A stretch of 64,000 nucleotides of DNA from an uncultured Chlamydiae bacterium (GCA_963754655.1 CAVWGN010000001.1:1152001-1216000); one strand, 5' to 3'. Shown: positions 29,497 through 40,159, counted from the stretch's first letter. Notes: generated by a model not told the origin, from the sequence alone. Numbers and translations are program-made.

Positions 29497-31197
29497 ATGA
29501 ATGTTAATCTTAATACTTCTCAAGTTCGCACAAATTCATTCACACATTTAACCTCTTTGGTGGGAACTTTAAATTCTCGTGTCGTTACTCCTATGAGTCG
29601 CGCGATTAACTCAACACTGACTACTTATCAACGCATCAATCAATCTGTGGTCGGAGGATGGTTAATCAATTCGATTCGAGAGAACGTTTTAGAATATACA
29701 GGGGCGTTGGGGGCTGCTGCTTTAGGACAATGGTGTTTAGAAGATACCATGGAAAGTATGAGCGCTGACACAGGTCATTTATTAGGCGCTATGGCGACTA
29801 TAAGTCTGGGAGTCATTGCCAGCAAAGCCGCTTACTCTATTATCAACACAAACAGTCAACAGCCTAAATTAGCAAAAATAGGGGAAAGTGCAATAGTGGG
29901 AGTTGCGACCTCAACATTAACGGGCATCATTTTACCTGGAGTAGGATCGCAAGCAGGCGCTATGATTGGCCGAGTAGCAGGAGCTTTAATTGGAGCTCAG
30001 GCAGGAGCGATTATAGGAGGATTTGCGGCGGTCAAGCTCAATGGAAGCGAGGAAGTACTCATCAATTTTCAAGAGCCTAAAAATTCTTATGCAATTAAGA
30101 CATTACAATCTAATGCAGCCAATTCATTTTTAGCCCTGTTTCGGCAAGTCAATCCTTTTATTCAGGCTATTCAAGATCAAGCAGTGGGATCTCTTGCTTA
30201 TCATAGTTTGACAGTGATTAAGCCTCTGATAGAATTGATAGAAGGGGGGAAACTTTTGGATGATATGTTACCTAATTCTCCCTTGTTGACTAATGAAGAA
30301 AAGCAATTGATTGGAAAAGGAATAGAAAATATCTATAAAAACTCATCAAATCAACAAGCTGCTTTAGCTTTTGCTTTTGCACAAGGCATTAGGGAAGATG
30401 TCGTGACTCCTTTTTTTAATCAAGATTTAAAAACGCTTTACAGCCAATTGAGCAATACTCAAAGCCAACATGCGTTGATGAATGAGCAGGAGCTCATAGG
30501 AATCACCATGCAAGCATTTGAGAAGTATTTTCAATTTATATTTCAGAACGCTGCTATTCAAAATGCCCAGCAAATGTTAGCCGCAGCTTTTATTGCATGG
30601 AAACCTGAGAACGAAGCATTAAAAGATTCAAATTCTTTTAAGCAAGCCAAGCAAAATCTTATCTCCATTTTAGAAAATCAAACTTCTCAGCAGATAAAAA
30701 ACCATTCTCCTCAGGATAGCTGGGACAAGTTAAAGGAAATGGCTGATAAGGTTCAAGCACAAGAGCTACTGAAGATAATTGATAAAGATAAAGCGCAAAA
30801 ATTCACTTATTACTTCATGGATAAACTGAAGAAATGGGAAGAGGATTTCTTTGCTTATCCTTTAACAAATGAGAATCTTAAAGAATATGTTCACGAAGTG
30901 GTCAATATTCATTTGCCATCTTTTTGTTTCTTCTTGGCTCTTGAACTTAGCCATCCTCCTCAAACGCTTGTGGCAGAGACGGTTAGGAAAAATTATCAAG
31001 TATTCAATGCGCTTCTAGCTAATTATTATAAGGTGGGAGTTGAAGCACGCTGCTTCTTAGGGATATCAGTTGCTGCTAAAGCAATGATTAGTTCTGTGCA
31101 ATATCTTTTTGATCGGCAAATTGAAACAACTCAATTGAAAGATGTCTCTTTAAGTCATTTGATCGATTTAGAATCTATTATTAAAAGCTTAAAATAA
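29497..31197 (+). CDS. Hypothetical glycine-zipper membrane protein, candidate effector
   Basis: Ser/Thr/Asn-rich N-terminus; GxxxG array (GSQAGAMIGRVAGALIGAQAGAIIGG); helical C-terminal half. Confidence 0.65.
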   Translation: MNVNLNTSQVRTNSFTHLTSLVGTLNSRVVTPMSRAINSTLTTYQRINQSVVGGWLINSIRENVLEYTGALGAAALGQWCLEDTMESMSADTGHLLGAMATISLGVIASKAAYSIINTNSQQPKLAKIGESAIVGVATSTLTGIILPGVGSQAGAMIGRVAGALIGAQAGAIIGGFAAVKLNGSEEVLINFQEPKNSYAIKTLQSNAANSFLALFRQVNPFIQAIQDQAVGSLAYHSLTVIKPLIELIEGGKLLDDMLPNSPLLTNEEKQLIGKGIENIYKNSSNQQAALAFAFAQGIREDVVTPFFNQDLKTLYSQLSNTQSQHALMNEQELIGITMQAFEKYFQFIFQNAAIQNAQQMLAAAFIAWKPENEALKDSNSFKQAKQNLISILENQTSQQIKNHSPQDSWDKLKEMADKVQAQELLKIIDKDKAQKFTYYFMDKLKKWEEDFFAYPLTNENLKEYVHEVVNIHLPSFCFFLALELSHPPQTLVAETVRKNYQVFNALLANYYKVGVEARCFLGISVAAKAMISSVQYLFDRQIETTQLKDVSLSHLIDLESIIKSLK

Positions 31198-33032
31198 GTC
31201 CAGAGCGCTACGGCCATAAATAAACACTCAGCTGCTAAGAAGGCGTAATAATAATCCCTTCCTCCTGAGCCGAAACCATAGCTATGTAGACCTGTTCCTA
31301 AAATGTAATTGACTCCATACCATGTAAAGCTAATGGCAAGCAATCCGCCAACAGCTCCAATAGCTAGTCCAAAAGAAGCAATGCGATGAAAGCGATAGGC
31401 ATGAATCCAAATCAGATAGAAGCAGCTTGAAATAAAAGCCCAAGATTCCTTAGGGTCCCAATCCCAAAAACGACCCCAACTTTCCGCCGCCCAAACTCCT
31501 CCTAAAATTGTTCCAGCAATCAATAAAGCAGTTCCGCCATATAAAGTTTGAAGAATCATTTGGGAAAGCATTTTCATTGTAGCAGTTTCTCTTTGGTGCA
31601 TGATGAAAAGACTCAAATAAAAATGACCGATGATTGCACCCAAAATAAAAATGCCATAGCTTCCTACAACTAAAAGAACATGAATCATTAACCAGAATTG
31701 CGAATCTAGCACCGCCTGAACGTGGTCTAAGCTTTGGTTGAGATCTGTGACTTCTAAAATTAACAATAAACCAATTGCTGTTACACAGGCCGCAAGCAAA
31801 ACAAGAGGTTGTCGTCTAAAGGTTGGAAAAAGGAGGCTGGCGCAAACTGCAACCCAAGGGACATAAATCACTGTCTCAAACATATTGGAAACCGGAGGTC
31901 TTCCCAAAATATAGCAACGCATGGTAAGCAAGGCTGTATGGCAAAAGATGGCTAAGCCAATGACTAGCTTGGCAAAAAGAAGTCCGAAGGATAATTTAAT
32001 TCGATAAAAGATCAATAAGAGACAGGCTCCAATTCCATATAAGAGAATGAGCAAGGGAATCCAAGGATAGCTAACGTATAAGGCTTCTACCTTGAGTTGA
32101 TTCAAAGTAGGATAATTCAGTTGTTTGCCATGAGCTGCTTGGATCATTTTTCCAGCAAAGGGTTGATAGGCTTGCTGTAGGGTATTTGCAAGATGCAATT
32201 GGCTATCTTGAATTAACTTTTGATCAAATTGCCTATAAGCTCTTTCTAACGCAAAATAAGCTTGACGGATGGTGATAAATTGTTCATCTGAGAAGGAAGT
32301 GAAATTCCCCACTTCTTTCAATAGTTGACTGGATGGTTGGTAAATCTGCACTTTCAAGGCTTTAAGTGGAAACCATTCTCCTTCTTTGTAGCGACTAGGG
32401 AGTGATTTAAATAAAATTCCAGCGGTACGCAATCTTTGAGTTAAAGGATATTCCTGCTCTAAAATGCGCTCGATCTCTTTTGGAGTCAGTGCCTTTGTTT
32501 GCAGTTCAGTAAGGCGATGGCGAAAGGCTTCTTCGTTTGATGAAGTGTCTTCATGTAAGCGCTCGAATTCTTTTAAAGCAGCAAGAAGAGTGGACCAATC
32601 ATCAGCTAATTTTCCGTTAAGAGAAGGGTTAGGCTTTTGATTAGAAAGGGCATCTTGTAACTCTTGATAGCTAAAACGGTCATGCGTAAGAGGTAAACCC
32701 ACTAATCTTTTAATCTCGGCCGATCCAATCCAAAACAAAGGAGCGGATTGATAAGGAATATGACCTAAGATATCGAGAGACCAAAGTAAGGGTAAAGGAG
32801 AAGAAGTATCGGCTTGAAAGGCTAAGAGGTCTGTGCGCTTTAAAGTGGGAGCGTGATAGAAATCATAGAGCCAAAGGCGTGCATAGGCTTCTGCTGGACG
32901 ATAACGTCCCTTGTATAAAACTGGAAATTCTTGCTCTGAATTTGCATATAAAGAATAGAAAAACAGAGAAAGCAGCAAGGGAAGAAGGAAAGTCAACCAG
33001 GCAACAATTCTGTGAAGTAAAAAAGCTGACAT
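31155..33032 (-). CDS. ccsA: Cytochrome c biogenesis protein CcsA/ResC (system II)
   Basis: WWD domain WAAESWGRFWDWDPKESW; conserved His in IHV and GLHSY; GRPPVSNMFE. Confidence 0.93.
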   Translation of the reverse strand: MSAFLLHRIVAWLTFLLPLLLSLFFYSLYANSEQEFPVLYKGRYRPAEAYARLWLYDFYHAPTLKRTDLLAFQADTSSPLPLLWSLDILGHIPYQSAPLFWIGSAEIKRLVGLPLTHDRFSYQELQDALSNQKPNPSLNGKLADDWSTLLAALKEFERLHEDTSSNEEAFRHRLTELQTKALTPKEIERILEQEYPLTQRLRTAGILFKSLPSRYKEGEWFPLKALKVQIYQPSSQLLKEVGNFTSFSDEQFITIRQAYFALERAYRQFDQKLIQDSQLHLANTLQQAYQPFAGKMIQAAHGKQLNYPTLNQLKVEALYVSYPWIPLLILLYGIGACLLLIFYRIKLSFGLLFAKLVIGLAIFCHTALLTMRCYILGRPPVSNMFETVIYVPWVAVCASLLFPTFRRQPLVLLAACVTAIGLLLILEVTDLNQSLDHVQAVLDSQFWLMIHVLLVVGSYGIFILGAIIGHFYLSLFIMHQRETATMKMLSQMILQTLYGGTALLIAGTILGGVWAAESWGRFWDWDPKESWAFISSCFYLIWIHAYRFHRIASFGLAIGAVGGLLAISFTWYGVNYILGTGLHSYGFGSGGRDYYYAFLAAECLFMAVALWTYFKLLIIDSKSIK

Positions 33033-33186
33033 TTTTGATTTCTATGATAAATCTTGTGTTTTAAAGCATAAGTCAACAAATTAAGAAAAATCAACTGAAA
33101 TACGAACTTATTAGCTCAAGACTTGTTCTTTTAATAAAATTGCCTTAATAGAGTGGAAAAAATTCTAAAAAAATAGAGGTCATAGA

Positions 33187-33954
33187 ATGAAGCATGAGAA
33201 GGTCACTTATCAGATTGATGGCAAATCTTATCATGGATATTGGGCATTTCCAAAAGGTGAAGACCTTACCTTGCAGAGGCGCCCTGCCATTCTTGTTGCT
33301 CATGCCTGGATGGGACAAGATCAATTTGCCCGTGATAAAGCAGAAGCTTTAGCTGAATTGGGCTACATAGGATTTGCGGTGGACCTTTATGGAGAGGGCA
33401 AGACAACTTCGAGCCCGGAAGAAGCGCAGCGCCTCATGATGCCCCTATTTCAAGATCGAGCTCTTTTGCAGAAGCGCATTCGCGCAGGTTTTGACGTTGT
33501 ACGTCAGCATCCTGGTGTTGATCCTTCCTATATAGGAGCCATTGGCTTTTGTTTTGGAGGATTGACAGTCATTGAACTTTTGCGTAGTGGAGCTGAGGTC
33601 AGTGGAGTTGTGAGTTTTCATGGTACTTTGGGAAATAAACTAAAGAATAAACAAGCGCAAACAGTTCCCATCGCAACATCTATTAAAGGCTCTTTACTCC
33701 TTTTACATGGCTATGAAGATCCTTTAGTGTCTTTAGAAGACATCGCCCATATGCAAAAAGAATTAAATGATGCCAAGGTAGATTGGCAAATGAATGTTTA
33801 TGGTCATACTTCGCATGCCTTTACCAATCCAGAAGCGCATGATACAGAGCATGGTTTGGTTTTCCAACCTTTAAGCAGCGAACGCGCTTGGTGGTCGATG
33901 ATTCATTTTTTTAGCGAACGCTTTGGTTTGGAAAAAAAGCTTAGAGCTTATTAA
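33187..33954 (+). CDS. Dienelactone hydrolase-family protein
   Basis: GFCFGG nucleophile elbow, HG..DP and HAFT motifs. Confidence 0.92.
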   Translation: MKHEKVTYQIDGKSYHGYWAFPKGEDLTLQRRPAILVAHAWMGQDQFARDKAEALAELGYIGFAVDLYGEGKTTSSPEEAQRLMMPLFQDRALLQKRIRAGFDVVRQHPGVDPSYIGAIGFCFGGLTVIELLRSGAEVSGVVSFHGTLGNKLKNKQAQTVPIATSIKGSLLLLHGYEDPLVSLEDIAHMQKELNDAKVDWQMNVYGHTSHAFTNPEAHDTEHGLVFQPLSSERAWWSMIHFFSERFGLEKKLRAY

Positions 33955-34070
33955 TTTGTAGTTGAACAATGAAACAAGGTGTTGTCACTTTTCTAAGTGG
34001 CAGCCCCTACAATCTCTCGATCTTTTTTAAGGATTTCATCTACAAATAATAGAAGGGCGTCAAATAAGAT

Positions 34071-34162
34071 GTTCCCCCGGAGGGGAACAGTGGGGGAGTT
34101 CTCATGGCCCCACAGCTGCGCTTGCGCTTAGCTGTGGGCTAGAAAAAGAATAGCGCAAGCGC
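34071..34162. repeat. Cluster of GC-rich hairpins between convergent genes
   Basis: gttcccc..ggggaac, cccacagct..agctgtggg and gcgcttgcgct..agcgcaagcgc inverted pairs. Confidence 0.55.
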
Positions 34163-34172
34163 TAAATTTAAA

Positions 34173-36395
34173 CTAGAAGTTGAAAGTCCTTAACGAACTC
34201 TGTTGAGAAGAACTGTTTGAGAGGGAAAAGGGCTTTTTCCTAGGAAAAGCTCTGTCAAGGCGCTTGACATTCCTATTGCTGTGCCGCGCCTTTTTATTAA
34301 AGAAAACCGAATCAGGTTGAGATAGAAAATCTGTAGGAAGATTTTTTATTTTAGGGAAAAATCCACTTGGTATGACTGCAAAATATGGACGAACTGTTAT
34401 TGCACCTGATGGTGGGACATTCGTATTATCTCTTGCGTCTAACCAAGCAACGAGGAGATTATTTGTCGTGGGATCAACTTTGATTTGAGGTTGATATCTA
34501 GTAAATGTTGATACATCATTAACTTTATATGGTGGTGACCAACTATTGCCTAAGTCATCGGAATAAATTAACCATATATCTGATTGTGTTGGTAAACTAG
34601 TCGTTGGGGTTGGGGTATCCACATATGCCACAAACCATCTATTATTATTATCAATAGCTATGTTGGGTTGAGACCATGATTCTCTGGTGGGTTGAGGCGG
34701 AATCGTTGCTCTAAATCCTATATTAGTGTTTGCAAAGAATTTAATATCATTAAATGATCCAGAAGTGCCCTGTGCATTATGAGTAAACCATATACTTTCA
34801 TTTGATTGGAATAATGCGCCATAATTTAATTTAACAGGTAATCCCGTTACGGCAACATCTTCAGCTTTTCCATTTTTTCCGGCTGCCATAGCGCCATACC
34901 CACCGTTTGTGGTTCCGGGTAATTCTATCCAATGTTGACTAACAAATTGTCCTTTTCCATTCGTTTTAAATGCATATGTTAGTTGTGGGAACGAATCACC
35001 TGTCTCAAATGATTCCTCAACAGTGGCTAATTGTTTCATCGTGAGCCAAAACACAGCAAATTGTCCGTCTGATTCTTGAGATGTTGTTCCTTCGGGATAA
35101 TCTAGTCCAACTGCATTCAGATGAATGGGCGTTAAATTTGCAATTTCTGTAAAAATCTGTCCGTTATTTGTACTAAAATAAACATCAGGAAGAGGTACCA
35201 TATTGCCACTCATAACACCACCGGTGAAGGGTAAAGTGTCATAATGTGCACCCAATGCTTGATAATAGAGATTACCAAATGCATCATATCTCATAAAATG
35301 ATCACCAGTTAAACCAGCTAGCTGTAATCTGGGAACAAAATTTTGTATAAACAAATCTCTTACCGTCCATGACCTTCCACCATCTTGTGAAAAAGCATAA
35401 AATGCTTTATTATTACTAGAGCATGGATCACTGTCATTAGTGTTATCAATTGACCAAGATGCCATATTTAACATAAGAGGGTTAGTTGGATCCATAGTCA
35501 TAGATACTTCCATTTGTGCCCCAGTTTTATGTACTGTATCTGGTGGAAGATTGGGGCCTTGGTCAACTGGTAAATCGCCAACATTTATAGGGCTTATGAG
35601 ATAATTTCCATTCTCATCTAATGTAGCAAATGCTATTCTGGTATATGGATCAGGGTTGGGAATTGGTTCCAACTGATTTTTAATTTGTGGCGAATTATCA
35701 CCCCATGCCGCATAGATTGTACGGTTATTAAATAAAACAGTAAAATACTCAAGATTATTAATCGAGCCTATGCTTGGCGGGAGCGAGGGAAACATAGATT
35801 CATTTATTACTCCATTGGTTTGTCCCTGCGCTATTGGATGATTCGGAGTAACTGGTAAATTAAGACCACAAATAGAATAAGTGACACTAGTTGCAGGTAT
35901 ATCATAGGTGCCCGGAGGTAGTGGAGCATTTAATGGCCCACTGAAACGCACTGATCCGTCTCTAAATACGTGTCCGATTATTGATTTGTTCACAGGAAAA
36001 TTAATATAACGTGGACTTGCAGGTGCAAAACCACTTGGTATTAACCCCGGGTTAATTGCATAAATAAAATTACCTGAACTATCAGATATAGTTATAATAA
36101 ATGGATCAATACGTAATCTTGCTTGATTGCCTCCTGGTAAAATAGTGACGCTATAGTTAACTGGAGTATTTGGACTTCCTAACGCTATACCTTGTGTTGG
36201 GTTAGTGCTCATATCTAATAGGCTCATTGTAAAAGTTCCCTTAATAGATGATTGAGCTTTATTTTCTTTACAGAATGATTTGTAATTTATCACTTTGGTG
36301 TGGGATTTGGAATCTGTATCTTTGGCGTTGGCTGCCTGCATATTTATACAAACAAATACAAGGCACCCCGCAAACAAACGAGTCAAAAAGGACAT
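34173..36395 (-). CDS. Secreted BNR/Asp-box (sialidase-fold beta-propeller) protein
   Basis: Signal peptide; Asp-boxes SQDGGRSW, STNNGQIF and SDDLGNSW; VAWLDAR; GGAGGAG Shine-Dalgarno. Confidence 0.75.
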   Translation of the reverse strand: MSFLTRLFAGCLVFVCINMQAANAKDTDSKSHTKVINYKSFCKENKAQSSIKGTFTMSLLDMSTNPTQGIALGSPNTPVNYSVTILPGGNQARLRIDPFIITISDSSGNFIYAINPGLIPSGFAPASPRYINFPVNKSIIGHVFRDGSVRFSGPLNAPLPPGTYDIPATSVTYSICGLNLPVTPNHPIAQGQTNGVINESMFPSLPPSIGSINNLEYFTVLFNNRTIYAAWGDNSPQIKNQLEPIPNPDPYTRIAFATLDENGNYLISPINVGDLPVDQGPNLPPDTVHKTGAQMEVSMTMDPTNPLMLNMASWSIDNTNDSDPCSSNNKAFYAFSQDGGRSWTVRDLFIQNFVPRLQLAGLTGDHFMRYDAFGNLYYQALGAHYDTLPFTGGVMSGNMVPLPDVYFSTNNGQIFTEIANLTPIHLNAVGLDYPEGTTSQESDGQFAVFWLTMKQLATVEESFETGDSFPQLTYAFKTNGKGQFVSQHWIELPGTTNGGYGAMAAGKNGKAEDVAVTGLPVKLNYGALFQSNESIWFTHNAQGTSGSFNDIKFFANTNIGFRATIPPQPTRESWSQPNIAIDNNNRWFVAYVDTPTPTTSLPTQSDIWLIYSDDLGNSWSPPYKVNDVSTFTRYQPQIKVDPTTNNLLVAWLDARDNTNVPPSGAITVRPYFAVIPSGFFPKIKNLPTDFLSQPDSVFFNKKARHSNRNVKRLDRAFPRKKPFSLSNSSSQQSSLRTFNF

Positions 36396-36435
36396 GGCTC
36401 CTCCTTCGAGTTTTAAGATCAGTTAAGAGATTTAA

Positions 36436-36871
36436 CTGAAGTTTTGCAAAATTAATTAATTCAAGTTGAGACAAATCTTAGAGCGTTCATTATATCTGAA
36501 TTTTGGCATGGTTCAATTGAAGGTCACATGTTTATGCCGTCCTTTCAGGACTCGATGTCTTTTTGATAGAACCCAGGCCTCCGCTTCGCTGCGACCTGGG
36601 CTGTAACATGACGGCCCTTCAGGCCTTAACAAAAAGATGATTTAGGGACTATAGAAGAGGGACTTAAACATCTCTTGTTAAGGCCTGAAGGGCCGTCATG
36701 TTACAGCCCAGGTCGCAGCGAAGCGGAGGCCTGGGTTCTATCAAAAAGACATCGAGTCCTGAAAGGACGGCATAAACATGTGACCTTCAATTGAACCATG
36801 CCAAAATTCAGATATAATGAACGCTCTAAGATTTGTCTCAACTTGAATTAATTAATTTTGCAAAACTTCAG
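36436..36871. mobile_element. 436-bp REP-derived palindrome (197-bp perfect arms, 42-bp spacer)
   Basis: 36436-36632 is the reverse complement of 36675-36871. Flanked by the direct repeat atttaa. Core shared with 50041 and 62611. Confidence 0.9.
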
Positions 36872-37112
36872 ATTTAAGTAATACTTGATTTGCTTCCTGT
36901 CATAGGCATAGAGCCGAAGTCGGCAGCACCTGGTGTGTCAGCACTTGCACTATTTAGTTGCAAGCTATCAAGCTATCTATTTATGCGCAATAACAACCTG
37001 AGTTTTGAGTTATCTAATTGCTTGCCAAATAGATAAATCAAATTTAACGACAAAAGACCTCTTGATGATTTAAAACATTTGTTTCTCACGACGAATGTTA
37101 ATCATAAGAGTA

Positions 37113-39509
37113 TTAGGAATTTGTGAATAATCTCTTAGGTATCCAAAAGAGTAAGAGAATGCCTAAAAATACTAAGGCTGCCCCTGGATAGGTTAAAAAA
37201 TATTTTGCAGGATCGTGGTTGACAGCTAACTGAATGTGCTTGAGGCTCGAATCTGCTGAATGTCCGATTCCAGATAAATAAAATCGATAGCCATCCCAGG
37301 TTTCATAAACTTGATTCATGCTGAGTGTTTGTTCTTTAGGAGGTTTTCCCTTTTCTGAAATGAGCAAATCGCTTTCGTAGCTATACACTTGTGAAGATTG
37401 AGGATAGAACACTTGACGCGCTTGGCGCAAACGGATGCGATAAGGAAGCATGTAAAGTTTAGGTTGAAATCGAATTAAATACTTGCCATTGAGGATGGGC
37501 CATTTCAATCCAACTCCAGCAGGGTCATAGGCTAAAGCAATAGTTTGTTGATGTTGCCCTTGTTGTACTTCCAATACAATGCCAGGTTTTTGATCCTCTA
37601 GCTTAGTAGGCATCATTTCGGGCATCACACGATGAGTCAGCGGAGCTTCAAATACGATGGCTGTTTGGCTATCTTTAGAGGGGAGATGGGCTTTCCAATA
37701 AGATTCTAAAATATCAAATTGTTCTTTGCCATTGCCCCTAAAATCTACGAGTGAGCGATAGTCGATTCCATAGGCTCGAAAATAGGCGGAAAGAAGTCTT
37801 GCTTGCTCAAATAGAGAGAGTGAAGTCGAAAAATCTAACGATGGGAAATAGCCAATCAACGAAGAAATTTGCTGAGCAAGTAAATTAAGAACAGCAGAAT
37901 GTTGAGAGGATGGGTTGATTTGCTTAAGTTCCTCAATAAAAGGCCAATGATGGTGTTCCAAAATCTTTAAAGGATGATGTCCTTGCTTCCAGCTTGCCTC
38001 CAATTGAGCGAGAAGGCGGACGACCCATAGAATTGATTGTTTGTCTTGCTGAGAAACTTCTTGCCAATTGAAATGTTGAAGACATGCCAGAACGGAATCT
38101 GAAATTGAATTATCAAGATGAAAAAGAAAACCAGGCTGCGCATTCCACTCGGCTAAAAATTGGACCAGAGTTTTGGAGAAATCTAATTGCGCTTGACGGC
38201 AAGCTTGCTCAAAAAGTTGCAGAGGAGGAGCCAATAGGGGTTGTTGAAGGAGGGCCTGCTGAAGTTGCATCATCAATGCATAAGCCTCTGCTTTTTCTTT
38301 ATCTTCTCGGCTAGCGGGAAAAGAAGGAATAGGAACAACAGCCCGCACTCCATAACCACCAAATCCTTGATCATAAGAAGCAATTGTTTGCACTTGGGAA
38401 GAATCGAAGCTTTCACCATGCAGCCTTCCATAGGTATCAAAAGCAAAAAAAAAGGTATTGTTTTGATCATCTTCAATTAGACAAAGCAAGGGGGTGGGAC
38501 GTCTAAGATCGGCTGTAAAAGAAGCTCCTGACCACTGATCTGGGTGAGGCTTAAGAAACAAAGCATCTTGACCTTGAAGAGGAAGAGTGAAGAACTCTTC
38601 GACATGTGTGGGAGATTGATAGCTCAAATTTAACGAAGGCCTTGCATGCTCCTCTTCAAATGGGAAGGGGAGATGAAGCACAACATTGAACTTGCTTTGG
38701 GCAAAGGTAAAAGAGTGTTGCAGCGCTTTTTCAAGTGGAATTTCAAACTTTTCTGATGAAGCACTGTTTTTTAATTGAAGATGCAATTCTTGGAAGTAGG
38801 CTTGCTGAAGAGCCTCTTGAACATGAGAAGTGTGCAAAGCTAAGATAGACCAAAGAGGAGAGTCCTTTGCTAGACCAAACTGATAGGAAACTGCTTCCGG
38901 AAATGGCTGCGAAGGTTCCCAATTGTGAACAGGAATAGAGGGAAATCCTGCAATGTAAGCATGCGATCCCTTGATCCATGTTTCAAACTTTTCTTTTACA
39001 TGAGGGGCATAGCCAATGATTTTGCATTTTAGCTGAGGAAAAGAAAAAGGGTAATAGATGTTGGGACAAAAGGAGTTGAATGCAATCATTCCCTTCTGGT
39101 TGGCGGCATCCTCTTTCCCTTGAATGGATAAAGCATAAGTATGAGGGAGCAAAACATGTTGATTGCCGCTGCCTTCCCAAACAGTCAACTGTCCTTGTAA
39201 TCCCCACCGATTCTTAATCATTGTCCCGCTAATGATCATTAATAACCCAAGATGAGTCATCAAAAAGGGAATGTGTCGTTTCTTAAAGGGCCATCTGCGA
39301 AGTGCAGCAAAAAGAATATTTATAAAAAATAGGCTAAGGAGGAGAAGAAAGAAAGGATTCTCATAAGTCCAGCGAGCCGCTAGTAAATGTGATCCCGTTT
39401 GACTTTCTAGTAATGTTCCAATCACCACTGTCATTGCTGCGATGGCAATGAGGGCAAGAGCGAGCGGAAGACCTCCTAAAAAATGAAAGAGTGGCTTGAA
39501 TAGCTTCAT
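37113..39509 (-). CDS. CcsB/ResB-like cytochrome c biogenesis protein
   Basis: Three N-terminal TMs with GT..E and the conserved His (THLGLL), large periplasmic domain, C-terminal VNHDP and TM. Same strand as ccsA. Confidence 0.75.
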   Translation of the reverse strand: MKLFKPLFHFLGGLPLALALIAIAAMTVVIGTLLESQTGSHLLAARWTYENPFFLLLLSLFFINILFAALRRWPFKKRHIPFLMTHLGLLMIISGTMIKNRWGLQGQLTVWEGSGNQHVLLPHTYALSIQGKEDAANQKGMIAFNSFCPNIYYPFSFPQLKCKIIGYAPHVKEKFETWIKGSHAYIAGFPSIPVHNWEPSQPFPEAVSYQFGLAKDSPLWSILALHTSHVQEALQQAYFQELHLQLKNSASSEKFEIPLEKALQHSFTFAQSKFNVVLHLPFPFEEEHARPSLNLSYQSPTHVEEFFTLPLQGQDALFLKPHPDQWSGASFTADLRRPTPLLCLIEDDQNNTFFFAFDTYGRLHGESFDSSQVQTIASYDQGFGGYGVRAVVPIPSFPASREDKEKAEAYALMMQLQQALLQQPLLAPPLQLFEQACRQAQLDFSKTLVQFLAEWNAQPGFLFHLDNSISDSVLACLQHFNWQEVSQQDKQSILWVVRLLAQLEASWKQGHHPLKILEHHHWPFIEELKQINPSSQHSAVLNLLAQQISSLIGYFPSLDFSTSLSLFEQARLLSAYFRAYGIDYRSLVDFRGNGKEQFDILESYWKAHLPSKDSQTAIVFEAPLTHRVMPEMMPTKLEDQKPGIVLEVQQGQHQQTIALAYDPAGVGLKWPILNGKYLIRFQPKLYMLPYRIRLRQARQVFYPQSSQVYSYESDLLISEKGKPPKEQTLSMNQVYETWDGYRFYLSGIGHSADSSLKHIQLAVNHDPAKYFLTYPGAALVFLGILLLFWIPKRLFTNS

Positions 39510-40159
39510 AAAGGAAAGGGAATTTCATCAATAAGTTCAAAGCTGTGGGCGAACGCAATGATTGCAATACGATAGTGGTCCATTAAATCAGGTGGGCCGC
39601 TTGCTTTGATTGTATAATCTGCGCATTTCCTGTGATCTAGGGGTTGCTTTTCTTGATTCAACTCCCGCTCATATACAGAAGCTAATTGCATGCTCCATCC
39701 TATGACCTTCGTCGGTTTTCCCTGCAATATGCCTTGTCCTTCGAAAAACAATCCACTAAAACCTCCATGAGAATCAGGTTGACTATGAGTTGCCACAAGA
39801 TCAAGTTCTTCAAATTGGCTTTTCCAACGGGCGATTTGTGCTTGAGGGGGAATGCGCAGTTGCTTTTGCATAAAGGGAAAAGTATGAATGGTTAAGCGGA
39901 TAGATTGATCCTTTTCATGAATATAAAATTCGCAAATGGATTTTTTCGTATCAGCAATGGATTCATTGATGGAGGGGTCTTGCCGCGTCCATTCAGATGG
40001 AACAAGAACACGATAAAGCAAAGGACGCTCGAGGACTTGTCCATCATCGCGTCCACCAATCAACTGCCAGTTCGAAGAGGGTAAAGAAGAATTGCTACTA
40101 CAACTTGTTAATAGAGAAGTAATTAAAGTGAATATGGGAAATAAAAGATGAAATCTCAT
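39506..40159 (-). CDS. Hypothetical lipoprotein, translationally coupled to the resB-like gene
   Basis: Lipobox LLTSC; 4-nt overlap with the next gene. Confidence 0.75.
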   Translation of the reverse strand: MRFHLLFPIFTLITSLLTSCSSNSSLPSSNWQLIGGRDDGQVLERPLLYRVLVPSEWTRQDPSINESIADTKKSICEFYIHEKDQSIRLTIHTFPFMQKQLRIPPQAQIARWKSQFEELDLVATHSQPDSHGGFSGLFFEGQGILQGKPTKVIGWSMQLASVYERELNQEKQPLDHRKCADYTIKASGPPDLMDHYRIAIIAFAHSFELIDEIPFPL

